Shown: positions 45,007 through 54,205 of the stretch, in pieces
Numbering within the stretch: the first letter of the stretch is position 1
How the letters are laid out: every line of letters starts with the position of its first letter
Source: an uncultured Candidatus Saccharibacteria bacterium
Lineage (GTDB): Bacteria; Patescibacteriota; Saccharimonadia; Saccharimonadales; JAGQNJ01
Direction: 5' to 3'
Assembly (NCBI GenBank): GCA_964426845.1
Contig: CAYRSA010000002.1
Span: 98,495 to 162,494 of the forward strand
DNA length: 64,000 nt
Program-made: the position numbers and the translations under genes
Notes under the pieces: model-generated
The model's input: the letters and a program-made list of their open reading frames with translations, nothing else
Database searches by the model: none
What the model was told of the DNA's origin: nothing

Positions 45007-45328
45007 TCCCCCCGATCGTTTTTCCGTATATTGGACTGTTTTAGATCCAGTAGAGGGCGCCGAAATGAAGAAGACTCGCCCTTGCGTTGTAGTGTCGCCA
45101 GAAGAGATGAATCAAAAACTTGAAACAGTTATTGTTGTGCCAATGACGCTTAGCATCCGCAATTGGCCTTCTCGTCTGTCGGTAAGGCTTGGTAAACAAC
45201 GGGCTTCGATTGCCTGCGATCAGATGCGTAGTGTTTCTAGGGAGCGATTAGGTAAACGGATTGGAACACTACCCCCAAGAGACCAACGCCAGCTACTCGG
45301 CATCCTGCAACAAATGTTTACTCAGTAG
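44993..45328 (+). CDS. mazF: MazF/PemK-family endoribonuclease toxin
   Basis: PDRFSVYWTVLDPVEGAEMKKTRPCVVVSPEEMN...VIVVPMTLSIRNWPSRL...CDQMRSVSRERL. The start overlaps the antitoxin stop. Confidence 0.8.
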   Translation: MIRPSPPDRFSVYWTVLDPVEGAEMKKTRPCVVVSPEEMNQKLETVIVVPMTLSIRNWPSRLSVRLGKQRASIACDQMRSVSRERLGKRIGTLPPRDQRQLLGILQQMFTQ

Positions 45329-45800
45329 GCTTCTGTAGCACGATATGGCGGTCGCGGCCTTCGCCCAGCGACTCGGTGGTCAAACCATTCTCTGAGGCCA
45401 CCTTGTGGACTGTCCGGCGGTCAGCGGCGTTCATAGGCCTTAGTTCCATAGGCTCGCCCGATTCTTTAACTTTGTCGATCCACTCTTGGGCCTTTTCGGC
45501 CAGTCGGTCGGCCCGTTGTTTCTTGTAGTCGGCCACGTCAACGTGAACCCGGAAATGGGTAAAGCCGTTGTTGCGCAGAGCGTTGCTAGCCATAAACTGC
45601 ATAGCTCGGATGGTGTCGCCACGTTGGCCAATCAGAAAGCCGTTCAGGTGAGTTGATGGCACGTGTAGCTCGATAATCTCATCTTCTTCGCTGGTGGTGG
45701 CGTAAACGTCGGTGTTAAGACCGAAAAAGGACAGTAAGTCTTCTAGAAACTTCTTGGCGTAAAGGACCGCTTCTTCCATAGATTCGTTGGGTTCAGCCAT
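45318..45800 (-). CDS. jag: Jag/KhpB-type RNA-binding protein (KH + R3H)
   Basis: The KH-like segment is GFLIGQRGDTIRAMQFM. The R3H-like segment is LRPMNAADRRTVHKVASE. The gene lies directly downstream of yidC, which is the conserved synteny. Confidence 0.8.
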   Translation of the reverse strand: MAEPNESMEEAVLYAKKFLEDLLSFFGLNTDVYATTSEEDEIIELHVPSTHLNGFLIGQRGDTIRAMQFMASNALRNNGFTHFRVHVDVADYKKQRADRLAEKAQEWIDKVKESGEPMELRPMNAADRRTVHKVASENGLTTESLGEGRDRHIVLQKPTE

Positions 45801-45803
45801 ATA

Positions 45804-46754
45804 CTACTTCCGTCCTTTCTTCTTTCCCTGCTTCTTTTTCTTGGCCGCTGACTTAGCCTTGGGTTTCTTGACGACGACTTCGGCTTCTATGGCCTTGTTA
45901 GCCCGTTGCTTGGCGGTTGGCTTCTTGTTGACGCTGTCTTCCAGTACTTTCTCTTCGCGGCCGAGTACACGGTTTTGTTGGATGATAGCCACTAGGCCGC
46001 TGGTCAGCCAGTACAAGGACAGAGCTGACGGCAAGTTAACGGTGAAGATAAAGATCATGGCCGGGATAAAGAAGCGGGTCGAGCGGCCGACGGCGTTGTT
46101 AACCTCGGATTGATCAGCCTGCTTGCCACTGCCGGCATCTTTTAGAATGTCGCGCAGTTTGCGGGAGTCCTTATCGGAGGGCATTAACTGCTTGCTCTGG
46201 TAGTACTGGGTAACCGCACTGCCAATGACTAGGATCATGGCTGGCCAGTAAATTCCGCCACCATTTGGCACCAAGGCGGCCTTAGTCAAATCGACAAAGC
46301 CGAATAAGGTGGCGTCAAAACTATCAATGTTAGAGGCCAGCTCGGGTAAGTTGCCGATTTTCTCGACGAATGGGTAGGCGTAGTCTAGTAAGGCCTGAGG
46401 GTCTTTAATAATCTTGCTGATGCCGCTGTACAGGGCTATTAGGATTGGGATCTGGACAATCAACAGGCCGATGGATGAGAAGGGGTTTATCTCCTTTTCC
46501 TTGTAGAGCGCCATGGTCATGGTGGATTCTTTTTGACGATCGCCCTTGGCTTCCTTTTTGATGCGTTTGAGCTCGGGTTGGAGTTCGCGCATAGCCTTGG
46601 CGTGGTGCAGCTGCTTCTTAACCAGCGGCCACATCAACAACCGGACGACGACTGTGAACAGAATAATGGCTACCCCGAAGTTATGTCCGGGTAGTAGGGC
46701 ATAGATTAAGACCAGCAGGTTGATTACTGGGGTGACAATGAATGTGTTAAACAT
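45804..46754 (-). CDS. yidC: Membrane protein insertase YidC (short, monoderm type) with Lys-rich tail
   Basis: LMWPLVKKQLHHAKAMRELQPELKRIKKE...NPFSSIGLLIVQIPILIALY. The C-terminus is KKPKAKSAAKKKKQGKKKGRK. Confidence 0.9.
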   Translation of the reverse strand: MFNTFIVTPVINLLVLIYALLPGHNFGVAIILFTVVVRLLMWPLVKKQLHHAKAMRELQPELKRIKKEAKGDRQKESTMTMALYKEKEINPFSSIGLLIVQIPILIALYSGISKIIKDPQALLDYAYPFVEKIGNLPELASNIDSFDATLFGFVDLTKAALVPNGGGIYWPAMILVIGSAVTQYYQSKQLMPSDKDSRKLRDILKDAGSGKQADQSEVNNAVGRSTRFFIPAMIFIFTVNLPSALSLYWLTSGLVAIIQQNRVLGREEKVLEDSVNKKPTAKQRANKAIEAEVVVKKPKAKSAAKKKKQGKKKGRK

Positions 46755-46846
46755 AGTAACTCCTTTTGCTAGGCTTGGTGCGCGCTTGCTTTTGTGCCGC
46801 TTTGACGTCTATAGCCTGGTTTAATAATAACACGCCCAACCAGATT

Positions 46847-47194
46847 TTACTGAGGGTCGATGCCGCTTTTGGCGAACAAATTACTTATGTTTTTCTGGAT
46901 TTTATCAGCCTCTAGACTGGCGAAATCGGCATCGAAGACAGTGATAATTAAATCGTAGGGTTTTTCAATCGTTACTGATTGCCTAACAATCTCGTAAACC
47001 CGTCGGCGGATTCGGTTGCGCTGAACGGCTGACTTAGCGACTTTCTTGCTGACCACTACGCTCAGGCGATAGTCTCGTCGCCGGGGGTTTAGTTTGTAGT
47101 GCAGACTACAGCCGTCGGCGCGGACGACCTGAGCCTGGCGATAGACTGGTAATACGCTGTTATAGCCGTGAAACCGGTTCTTTCGTCCAAGCAT
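46847..47194 (-). CDS. rnpA: Ribonuclease P protein component
   Basis: 115 aa and basic, with KKVAKSAVQRNRIRRRVYEIVR (the RNR motif). It lies downstream of rpmH. Confidence 0.85.
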   Translation of the reverse strand: MLGRKNRFHGYNSVLPVYRQAQVVRADGCSLHYKLNPRRRDYRLSVVVSKKVAKSAVQRNRIRRRVYEIVRQSVTIEKPYDLIITVFDADFASLEADKIQKNISNLFAKSGIDPQ

Positions 47195-47210
47195 TTGAAA
47201 AGTCCTTGTT

Positions 47211-47348
47211 CTAGTGAGTTAGTCGAGCTCGGCCCTTAAGGCGGCGACGCTTAACGACGTTTTTACCGGCGGTCGTAGACATACGCTTCATAAATCCGTG
47301 GACCCGTGAGCGATAGCGTTTTTTTGGTTGGAACGTTCTTTTAGGCAT
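47211..47348 (-). CDS. rpmH: 50S ribosomal protein L34 (45 aa, below the ORF-track cutoff)
   Basis: Hand translation: [45 protein letters not shown]. The length is 138 nt including the stop. Confidence 0.9.
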   Translation of the reverse strand: MPKRTFQPKKRYRSRVHGFMKRMSTTAGKNVVKRRRLKGRARLTH

Positions 47349-47699
47349 AATTACTTCTTTCGATTATAACACACTGGGGTGGGCCCGGCTGACTAATACA
47401 ACCAGGGTAGGCTTTAGGGCAAACCGTCAACGACATTCCGCGGCCCCACGCGTGAAATTAACAATAGTTTCCCGCTAATTCTAGCAAGTTTTCCACCTTA
47501 ATGGAAGTGTTATCCACAATTCCTAAGGTGTTGCCTTTGCCTGTGCATAAATCCCTATCTGTTCGGCGGTTTTGTGATTTTAAGTGGTGTATTTTTGTAC
47601 AAGGCTGTGGAAAAGCCTGCCTCGGTGGGTTATAGTTTTAAGTACAAACACGTCTGGTGGAGACGAAACTGTATAACAAAATTGAGGTAAACATAGGGT
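47349..47699. other. oriC, rpmH-dnaA part, with DnaA boxes
   Basis: TTATCCACA (perfect consensus) at 47510-47518; TTTTCCACC at 47489-47497; TGTGCATAA (the reverse of TTATGCACA) at 47542-47550; TGTGGAAAA (the reverse of TTTTCCACA) at 47606-47614. The setting is the classic rpmH/dnaA intergenic region. Confidence 0.65.
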
Positions 47700-49061
47700 A
47701 TGCACGACGACCGTCTGTGGCAAGCAGTACTAGGTGAAATAGAAGTCTCGGTCTCGTCTGGGAACTATCAAACTTGGTTTAAAAACACTCGCCTGCTGCG
47801 CTATGACCAAGAGACTCTAGTTATCGGTGTGCCTAATGTCTTCATCCAGCAACAGTTAGAACTCAAATTTCTACCCCTTATCAAAGAAGTTCTGGCCAAG
47901 CACGGTGTGACTCCCAAGAAGATCCAATACAAGAGCTACTCGGTACCTAAAACAAATAAGAAGATTGAAGATGACGAGATGGTCATGGCTCCAGCGGCTA
48001 AACGCTCTGGCGGCCAAGCCAAGAATTCCCTGGCCCATAGTTATCGTCAGGGGCTAAGCGACAAGTTTACTTTTGACACCTTTGTGGTTGGCTCCAGCAA
48101 CGAGCTGGCCTACGCGGCCGCTCAGGGTGCGGCGGCTAGCCCTGGTACCAAGTACAACCCTTTGTCGGTCTACGGTGGTGTCGGTATCGGTAAAACCCAC
48201 CTGATGCAGGCTGTTGGCAATGCAATCTTGAAAAACAACGCCAACGCTAAGGTTACTTATGTCACTAGCGAACAATTTACTCAGGAATTCATCGACGCCG
48301 TGCGCTACAAGAAAAACACCGAGTTTGCCAGCTTCTACCGATCAACTGATGTTCTGATTATCGACGACGTCCAGTTCTTTGCCGGTAAAGAGAAGACTCT
48401 GGAGGAGTTCTTCCACACTTTCAACGCTCTCCAACAAGCCAATAAGCAGATTATTATCAGTAGCGACCGGCCGCCCAACGAGATTGCTGGTTTAGACGAC
48501 CGGCTGCGCTCACGTTTTATGCAGGGCATGAGCGTCGATGTCCAGGTCCCTGATTTTGAGACTCGTTGCGCCATCATCCAGGCTAAGGCCGGGGCTCAGA
48601 ACATGGACTTCCCCCAAGATGTTGTCGAGTTCCTAGCCAACAACGTCCGCAGTAACATCCGGGAATTAGAGGGCGCTCTTAACCAGCTGATTGCCACTTG
48701 CGAGGTCAAGAACTTAGCCCCGGATGTCCCCTTGGCCAAAAGTATTCTAGGCTCGCACCGCTCTCGTCCAAAGCACCTTTCGCCTAAGCAGATTGTAGAG
48801 CGCACCGCTCGCCATTTCTCTATTTCTGTCGACGAGATCTTGGGACCGAAGCGCGACAAGGATATTGTTCTGCCTCGTCAGGTCGCTATGTACTTGCTGC
48901 GCAGTGAGCTTCATCTTAGCTTCCCAAAGATTGCCAAAGAGCTGGGCCGTAAAGACCATACAACCGCTATGCACTCAGTCGAAAAGATCGAAGCCGAGGC
49001 TATCGTCGACAATGAAGTTAAGGCCGCTATTAGCGATATAAAGGGGCGGTTGTATGCTTAA
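47700..49061 (+). CDS. dnaA: Chromosomal replication initiator DnaA
   Basis: Walker A GGVGIGKTHL, LIIDDVQFFAGKEKTLEEFFHTFN, and domain IV RDKDIVLPRQVAMYLLR...GRKDHTTAMHSVEKI. Confidence 0.95.
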   Translation: MHDDRLWQAVLGEIEVSVSSGNYQTWFKNTRLLRYDQETLVIGVPNVFIQQQLELKFLPLIKEVLAKHGVTPKKIQYKSYSVPKTNKKIEDDEMVMAPAAKRSGGQAKNSLAHSYRQGLSDKFTFDTFVVGSSNELAYAAAQGAAASPGTKYNPLSVYGGVGIGKTHLMQAVGNAILKNNANAKVTYVTSEQFTQEFIDAVRYKKNTEFASFYRSTDVLIIDDVQFFAGKEKTLEEFFHTFNALQQANKQIIISSDRPPNEIAGLDDRLRSRFMQGMSVDVQVPDFETRCAIIQAKAGAQNMDFPQDVVEFLANNVRSNIRELEGALNQLIATCEVKNLAPDVPLAKSILGSHRSRPKHLSPKQIVERTARHFSISVDEILGPKRDKDIVLPRQVAMYLLRSELHLSFPKIAKELGRKDHTTAMHSVEKIEAEAIVDNEVKAAISDIKGRLYA

Positions 49062-49296
49062 TATGCCTGTTCAAAACGTTGTGCATAGCCTGTGTATCAA
49101 CCTATCAAAGGTTGTGGATGTGGTTGGGGAAGCTAATTCTACAACAGCTGTCTTTACCCAGCTTTCCTGGACTTTGTACGCGACTTTATACACCCCTTCA
49201 GCTAGTCTAATTTCCTCTGTTTGGTGGAGCTTATACACACAATCCCCAACCCCTATTATTAAAACGAAGTTTATTTAAAGAAAGGTAGTTATTAAT
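49062..49296. other. oriC, dnaA-dnaN part (DnaA-box-like motifs plus AT-rich stretch)
   Basis: TTATACACA at 49231-49239 (1 mismatch); TTATACACC at 49186-49194; TGTGGATGT at 49113-49121; TGTGCATAG at 49080-49088. The AT-rich stretch attattaaaacgaagtttatttaaag lies at about 49255-49280. Confidence 0.5.
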
Positions 49297-50394
49297 ATGG
49301 ATCTTAAAGTCACTCAAGCCAACCTACACAAAGCCCTAACCATCGTAGCCCGTGTGGCGTCAGGGAAAAGTACCCTGCCCGTCCTTAGCAACATTCTTCT
49401 CACAGTCGCCGATAACCAACTCAAACTATCGGCTACCAACCTAGATATCGCTATCAACACCATGGTCGGCGCCAAAGTGGCCAAACCCGGCTCATTAACC
49501 ATTCCGGCTCGCTTACTACAAGACTTTATTGCTAACCTGCCCGACACCACCATTCGACTAAAGCAAGAAGACAACAAACTCCACATCACCACCGACAACC
49601 ACAACTCCACCATCAACGGCATAGCCGCAGAGGAATTCCCGGTTATGCCAGTCATAAACAAAGGTGATAACTGGAAGGTGAAAGCCGGCGACTTGAAGAA
49701 AGCCCTGCAACAAGTTGTTGGAGCCGCCTCTGGTGACGAAGCTCGACCAATTTTAACTGGACTATTCTTCCACACCAGTGGCAAAGACTTGTTCATTGCC
49801 GCCACCGACAGCTACCGGCTGGCCGAAAAGCGGTTGCCGGCTCCAGCCAACAACACCACCTTCATCTTACCGGCCAGCGCTGGCCACGATGTGCTGAGGA
49901 TTATCGGCGACGCTCCAGAGGCAACAGAGGTAAACATTACTCAGGATAACCAACAAGTCCGCCTAGAAACCGCCGAAACCGAGCTAATCGCCCGGCTAAT
50001 AGAGGGCGAATATCCTGATTACCAAAAACTAATCCCGACCGAATTTGCTGTAACCGCCACCCTGCCCAAAGCCGAAATCGTGTCTATTACTAAGGTTTCT
50101 AGTCTGTTTGCTCGAGCCGCAGCCGGTAGTGTGGTGGTCCGCACCAACCAAGAAAAGCAAACCATTGAAATCCAATCAGTGGCCTCCCAGATAGGCGCCA
50201 ATACAGCCAGTGCTCCAGCCAAGGTTTCAGCCGACGGCGAGATAACCTTAAATGCCCGCTTCCTACTAGACGCCATCAACGCCCTAGAGGGCGACACTGT
50301 CACCATTGGCTTTAATGAAAAGCTCCAACCAGTGGCCATTACCAGCCCCGAGCACAAAGACTACGTCCACATAGTCATGCCGCTGAAGAGCTAG
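49297..50394 (+). CDS. dnaN: DNA polymerase III beta sliding clamp
   Basis: 365 aa with a three-domain clamp pattern: LPVLSNILL, ATDSYRLA and PDYQKLIP. The dnaA-dnaN-recF synteny is present. Confidence 0.95.
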   Translation: MDLKVTQANLHKALTIVARVASGKSTLPVLSNILLTVADNQLKLSATNLDIAINTMVGAKVAKPGSLTIPARLLQDFIANLPDTTIRLKQEDNKLHITTDNHNSTINGIAAEEFPVMPVINKGDNWKVKAGDLKKALQQVVGAASGDEARPILTGLFFHTSGKDLFIAATDSYRLAEKRLPAPANNTTFILPASAGHDVLRIIGDAPEATEVNITQDNQQVRLETAETELIARLIEGEYPDYQKLIPTEFAVTATLPKAEIVSITKVSSLFARAAAGSVVVRTNQEKQTIEIQSVASQIGANTASAPAKVSADGEITLNARFLLDAINALEGDTVTIGFNEKLQPVAITSPEHKDYVHIVMPLKS

Positions 50395-50413
50395 CTGGTA
50401 GACTAGTAACAGC

Positions 50414-51487
50414 ATGGGGGAGCAGCCAACTATATCCAGCCTAAGACTGCAGAACTTTCGTTCTTACCGAGACGCGTCGTTCGAGTTTTTTGAAGGTGTA
50501 AATATTATCATTGGACCCAACGCCAGCGGTAAGACCAATATGCTGGAGGGCTTGGTCTATGTCTGCGTTGGCGGACCTTTCAGAGCCCAAGACAAAGAGA
50601 ACATTAAAGAAAAATCCGCCTGGGCTCGGCTCGATGGAGTTACCGATAAAAACCAGACCAGAGTGGTCAAGCTAACTAGAGAAGGAGACAAGGTAAAGAA
50701 AGAATTTGAGATAGACGATGAAGCCAAGAAGCGACTGCCCCTAATCGACACAATCCCCATCGTTTTATTTGAACCCGACGACCTACAAGCCCTGACAACT
50801 TCACCAGAGAAACGACGCAACTTTATTGATTCTATTCTAGTGCAAGTAGACGCGGAATTTGGGCGCCAGCAACGCGAATATAGTCGCGTCTTGGCCCAAC
50901 GAAATAGGTTGCTTAAACAAGGACGGGCGGCGGCCTCGTCCAGTATATTTGCCTGGAACATACGCCTCAGCGAGCTGGGCGGGCATATTGTGGCTAAACG
51001 ACTGAAACTACTAACCCAGCTGAACAAAGGCCTAGGAGAGAGCTATAGTCAGCTAGCTAGCAAAAAACACCGCGTGCTACTTGCCTATCAGTCGGACTTG
51101 CCACCCTCTCAGTATGCGAGCCAAATGTTAAAAAATCTTGAACTTTTACTGGAAGACGATTTAGTTCGGGGTTTTACTACTATTGGCCCGCATCGCGACG
51201 ACATTGGTATTACTATCAACAAAGCGCCTCTCTACCACCACGCCTCGCGGGGCGAGACCCGGACCACCCTTTTGGCGCTAAAAATCCAGGAGACCCGCCT
51301 GTTAGAGGCCTCAAGGGGTCAAAAACCCCTACTACTGCTCGACGACGTTTTCTCGGAGCTGGACGGCGCTCGCCGCCGAGCTCTAACCAGTTTCATTAAA
51401 GACTACCAAAGCTTCATCACCACCACCGACGCCGACATTGTCGACAAGAAATTTACCAAAGCCGCCAAACTGATTAGTTTGGGTTAG
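50414..51487 (+). CDS. recF: DNA replication/repair protein RecF
   Basis: Walker A GPNASGKTNMLE, signature GPHRDD and LLLLDDVFSELD. Confidence 0.9.
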   Translation: MGEQPTISSLRLQNFRSYRDASFEFFEGVNIIIGPNASGKTNMLEGLVYVCVGGPFRAQDKENIKEKSAWARLDGVTDKNQTRVVKLTREGDKVKKEFEIDDEAKKRLPLIDTIPIVLFEPDDLQALTTSPEKRRNFIDSILVQVDAEFGRQQREYSRVLAQRNRLLKQGRAAASSSIFAWNIRLSELGGHIVAKRLKLLTQLNKGLGESYSQLASKKHRVLLAYQSDLPPSQYASQMLKNLELLLEDDLVRGFTTIGPHRDDIGITINKAPLYHHASRGETRTTLLALKIQETRLLEASRGQKPLLLLDDVFSELDGARRRALTSFIKDYQSFITTTDADIVDKKFTKAAKLISLG

Positions 51488-52960
51488 CTAGTCACTGACT
51501 AGGCGACCACTAACAGGATCGGTTAAAGAGAACTGATAATTGTAACCAACCATTGCGTCCAGAGCCTTGGTAGAGAGACAGGCGCTAAACTTATTTAGTT
51601 CAGCTTGCCAATTCGCTGTTTGGGGAAACAATATCCTGAATTGCTTAGTTGCGTCAAAGTATTGGTACTCGGGCTTGCTGTTAACTTGGCATTGGGCTAC
51701 TAGCTTTTTGGCTTCATTTGAATAGGCAGGCTTGATATTACTAGCCTGATCCAACTTGCCGAACAGAACTAGGTTCCCAGAAACCGGTGCTAGAAGGGTC
51801 CGGCCATTTGACCCAAAACTAGCAAAATCAAGATACACACCAGTCCTACTTTGATTCTTGTCATCAGCCGTTATAGAAACCTGTTTGGTCGACGGTTTGC
51901 CCTTTTTACTCAATACGCCAGCTCTATAGTAATGTTCCTGCTGGCCAGGAGTGCTAAATTGATTAGTGTCAAAAACGTAGAAATCCTGTCCGTCAAAGTT
52001 GGTAATTAAAGCTGAATTACCAAGAGTGAAGCCTAGTGAATTTTCCTGTTTAGTCTCCAGATTATATAAGAAGACTTCGCCTTCGGCGGCATCAACCTCT
52101 CGGTAATTGTCTTTTATGCCAGTATCAGAAACGTTCGGCACCCTAACAACCAAAGCCGGATTATTACTAGCAAACACCCGGCCGTCAAAATCGTCTAGGG
52201 CCACCGTCGTTCTGCCGTCCGCCGAGACACTAAGCACATCGGTTTTAGTGGTTGCATCAGGGGGGATAGTTATTACACAAATTGACATTTTCGAGCAAGA
52301 GAAGAGACCAATTACATCAACAGTTTTCAGGTCCTCAACTAAAGCTTTGTCGGCATTAGCGACCACATCATAATAGTTCAAACTAAACTTATCTAGGTTA
52401 AGCTCGGTTTCTCTGAACTTATCTAAATACGCCTGATAATCTGGGACATAGTAAATCCTATTTTGTTGTTCGTTATAGACAGACAAGCCCTTTCGAACTG
52501 GATACTTAGACACAAAACTTAGGTCATTGGTTTTAAAGTTCAAGTACCACGTATAAAGCTGAGCAGCTTTGTTGATCGGTTCCCCACGAGCAGCCAAGGC
52601 TTCTTGTACCCTGGTGTCATACAGAGAGCCAGAGAAGTTTATCAAAGCTCCTTGATCACCAGCCCAGCTAATCTGGCTGGGTAAAGGCAGGCGGCTACCA
52701 GCCTGCAACATGGTTATTTGATTGTTGTCCAAGTTTAATTTATAGAAGCCCACGCCGTTGTATGAATAGACCGAGCTATCCTGTAGATGGCTGAAGTTTT
52801 GGGTTTGCGAAAACGGTGTAGTGAACGGCCCAAAAGCTTGGTAGCTCTTGCGATTGAAAATAAGAGAGACAATAAAAGCAATAAACAGAACCAACACTAT
52901 GGTAGTGGCAACTCTCACCCAGCGTTTTAACCAAAGTTGATTCAATATTTCTATAAGCAT
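51488..52960 (-). CDS. Hypothetical N-terminally anchored extracytoplasmic beta-rich protein, last gene of the T4SS-like operon
   Basis: 490 aa with a single N-terminal TM helix (VATTIVLVLFIAFIVSLIF). No motif was recognised. Its stop codon directly abuts the recF stop (51487/51488). Confidence 0.6.
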   Translation of the reverse strand: MLIEILNQLWLKRWVRVATTIVLVLFIAFIVSLIFNRKSYQAFGPFTTPFSQTQNFSHLQDSSVYSYNGVGFYKLNLDNNQITMLQAGSRLPLPSQISWAGDQGALINFSGSLYDTRVQEALAARGEPINKAAQLYTWYLNFKTNDLSFVSKYPVRKGLSVYNEQQNRIYYVPDYQAYLDKFRETELNLDKFSLNYYDVVANADKALVEDLKTVDVIGLFSCSKMSICVITIPPDATTKTDVLSVSADGRTTVALDDFDGRVFASNNPALVVRVPNVSDTGIKDNYREVDAAEGEVFLYNLETKQENSLGFTLGNSALITNFDGQDFYVFDTNQFSTPGQQEHYYRAGVLSKKGKPSTKQVSITADDKNQSRTGVYLDFASFGSNGRTLLAPVSGNLVLFGKLDQASNIKPAYSNEAKKLVAQCQVNSKPEYQYFDATKQFRILFPQTANWQAELNKFSACLSTKALDAMVGYNYQFSLTDPVSGRLVSD

Positions 52961-52977
52961 AGTAACTCCATTATATG

Positions 52978-54204
52978 TTAATCCGGTAACGCTTGATACG
53001 TCTCAAAAAGCTGTGGTCCAATGTCTATGAACAGAGATCTCACTTCGTCAGAACAGCTATCACGACTGCAGCTACCCCGACTGTCACCGTGCATAGCGTC
53101 TATGTGGAGGTGGGGTGTGCCACAACCAAGTTCGGCCTCGCCTACCAGGGCCAGGTCATCGGCGGGCTGGAGGGTAGTCCCCTCGCCGCGATGATTGCTG
53201 TAACTATTGTGAAGGTACGAAACGATAAAATCCTCTTCCGCGTTGTACACACCAATCAACCTTCCGCCACAGATGTCGCGACTAAGAGTATTGACCGTAC
53301 CAGAAGCAAAAGCCCGAACTTGGGTGCCAGGATTAGCCAAGATGTCAAAGGCTATATACGGGTGTCCTCCTTGATCAGCAGTTCCATCAGCAAACATGCC
53401 AGGATTAAGAACCACAGACTTCGTTGGGCCTAGCGGGAAAGCTACGTCACCAACGATGCCACCACTGCCGCCACAGCCTCCGCCACCGGGTGAGTCACCC
53501 CCAGTTCCACCGCCCTCGCTCTCATTATACTCATTGAAAGCTTGCCGGGCATTAGCTTTGCGCTCGGTTAGGGCGGGCACACCAGCATTCTCAAAAGTAT
53601 CCTCAAAAGACACGGCCGCATCTTCGGGTGAATTCTGATTTTTCAACTCAGGAATTGTCGAGGTATAGCTAGCTCCCAATTCTTCTTTCAACCAAGCGTA
53701 GTTAGCGGCATCGGTAGCGTGTTCATTTCGACTGGCCATATATCCGTTAGGTACGGCAAAACCATCGATCCACGCTGTCTGCCGGCCCCCTGTCCATTGA
53801 GCCCAGCCATAACCACCGCTAAAAGCTGGAGGGCCTGGTGTACCACCCTCATTAACATCGGGTGGCAAATTAAAGCCCCCCGATTCGTGCATAAAGTTAC
53901 CAACTGGCCCAGCCGCTTGCTCCGGGGTTAATCCGTAATCTTGTATCAACGCCCTCATTAAATTGACCCTGCGCTCGGCATCGCCGGTACCAAGACTAAA
54001 GCCCTGATCAACGTCAATATTCGCCCCACTAGCTCCACAGTTACCGCTTTCATCATCAACGTCGTAGGCTAATATCTTACCGTAAAAAACCTTTTTTTGA
54101 GCTGCCGACAGGCCCATAACTGGCGCCCCAGAATTAATAAGCAACAGGCATAACAGCACGACAAAACTACAAATTCTCGATATTATAGACTTTGTTATCT
54201 TCAC
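52978..54204 (-). CDS. Secreted bifunctional cell-wall hydrolase: phage-tail-lysozyme-like domain + M23 (LytM-type) metallopeptidase domain
   Basis: A signal peptide is present. The lysozyme-like motif is GPVGNFMHESGGF...GGYGWAQWTGGRQ. A Gly-rich linker follows. The M23-like motifs are GGHPYIAFDILANPGTQVRAFASGTV...GTPHLHID. Confidence 0.75.
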   Translation of the reverse strand: MKITKSIISRICSFVVLLCLLLINSGAPVMGLSAAQKKVFYGKILAYDVDDESGNCGASGANIDVDQGFSLGTGDAERRVNLMRALIQDYGLTPEQAAGPVGNFMHESGGFNLPPDVNEGGTPGPPAFSGGYGWAQWTGGRQTAWIDGFAVPNGYMASRNEHATDAANYAWLKEELGASYTSTIPELKNQNSPEDAAVSFEDTFENAGVPALTERKANARQAFNEYNESEGGGTGGDSPGGGGCGGSGGIVGDVAFPLGPTKSVVLNPGMFADGTADQGGHPYIAFDILANPGTQVRAFASGTVNTLSRDICGGRLIGVYNAEEDFIVSYLHNSYSNHRGEGTTLQPADDLALVGEAELGCGTPHLHIDAMHGDSRGSCSRDSCSDEVRSLFIDIGPQLFETYQALPD

Positions 54205-54205
54205 C

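Noticed and set aside
49054-49278. 74-aa ORF in the dnaA-dnaN spacer
   Set aside because: It overlaps the dnaA stop, has an odd composition, and covers the DnaA-box/AT-rich region that is better explained as part of oriC.
49314-49805. Long antisense ORFs inside well-supported genes (for example 49314-49805, 50557-51027, 3108-3506, 16554-16991, 18040-18576, 42427-42912, 52993-53433, 56751-57104, 62236-62886 and 62774-63262)
   Set aside because: Each lies opposite a gene with strong family signatures (dnaN, recF, aspS, manC, GT-C, gmd, hydrolases, VirB6-like). They are stop-poor antisense frames with low-complexity or Arg/Ser/Pro-rich translations, with no independent support.
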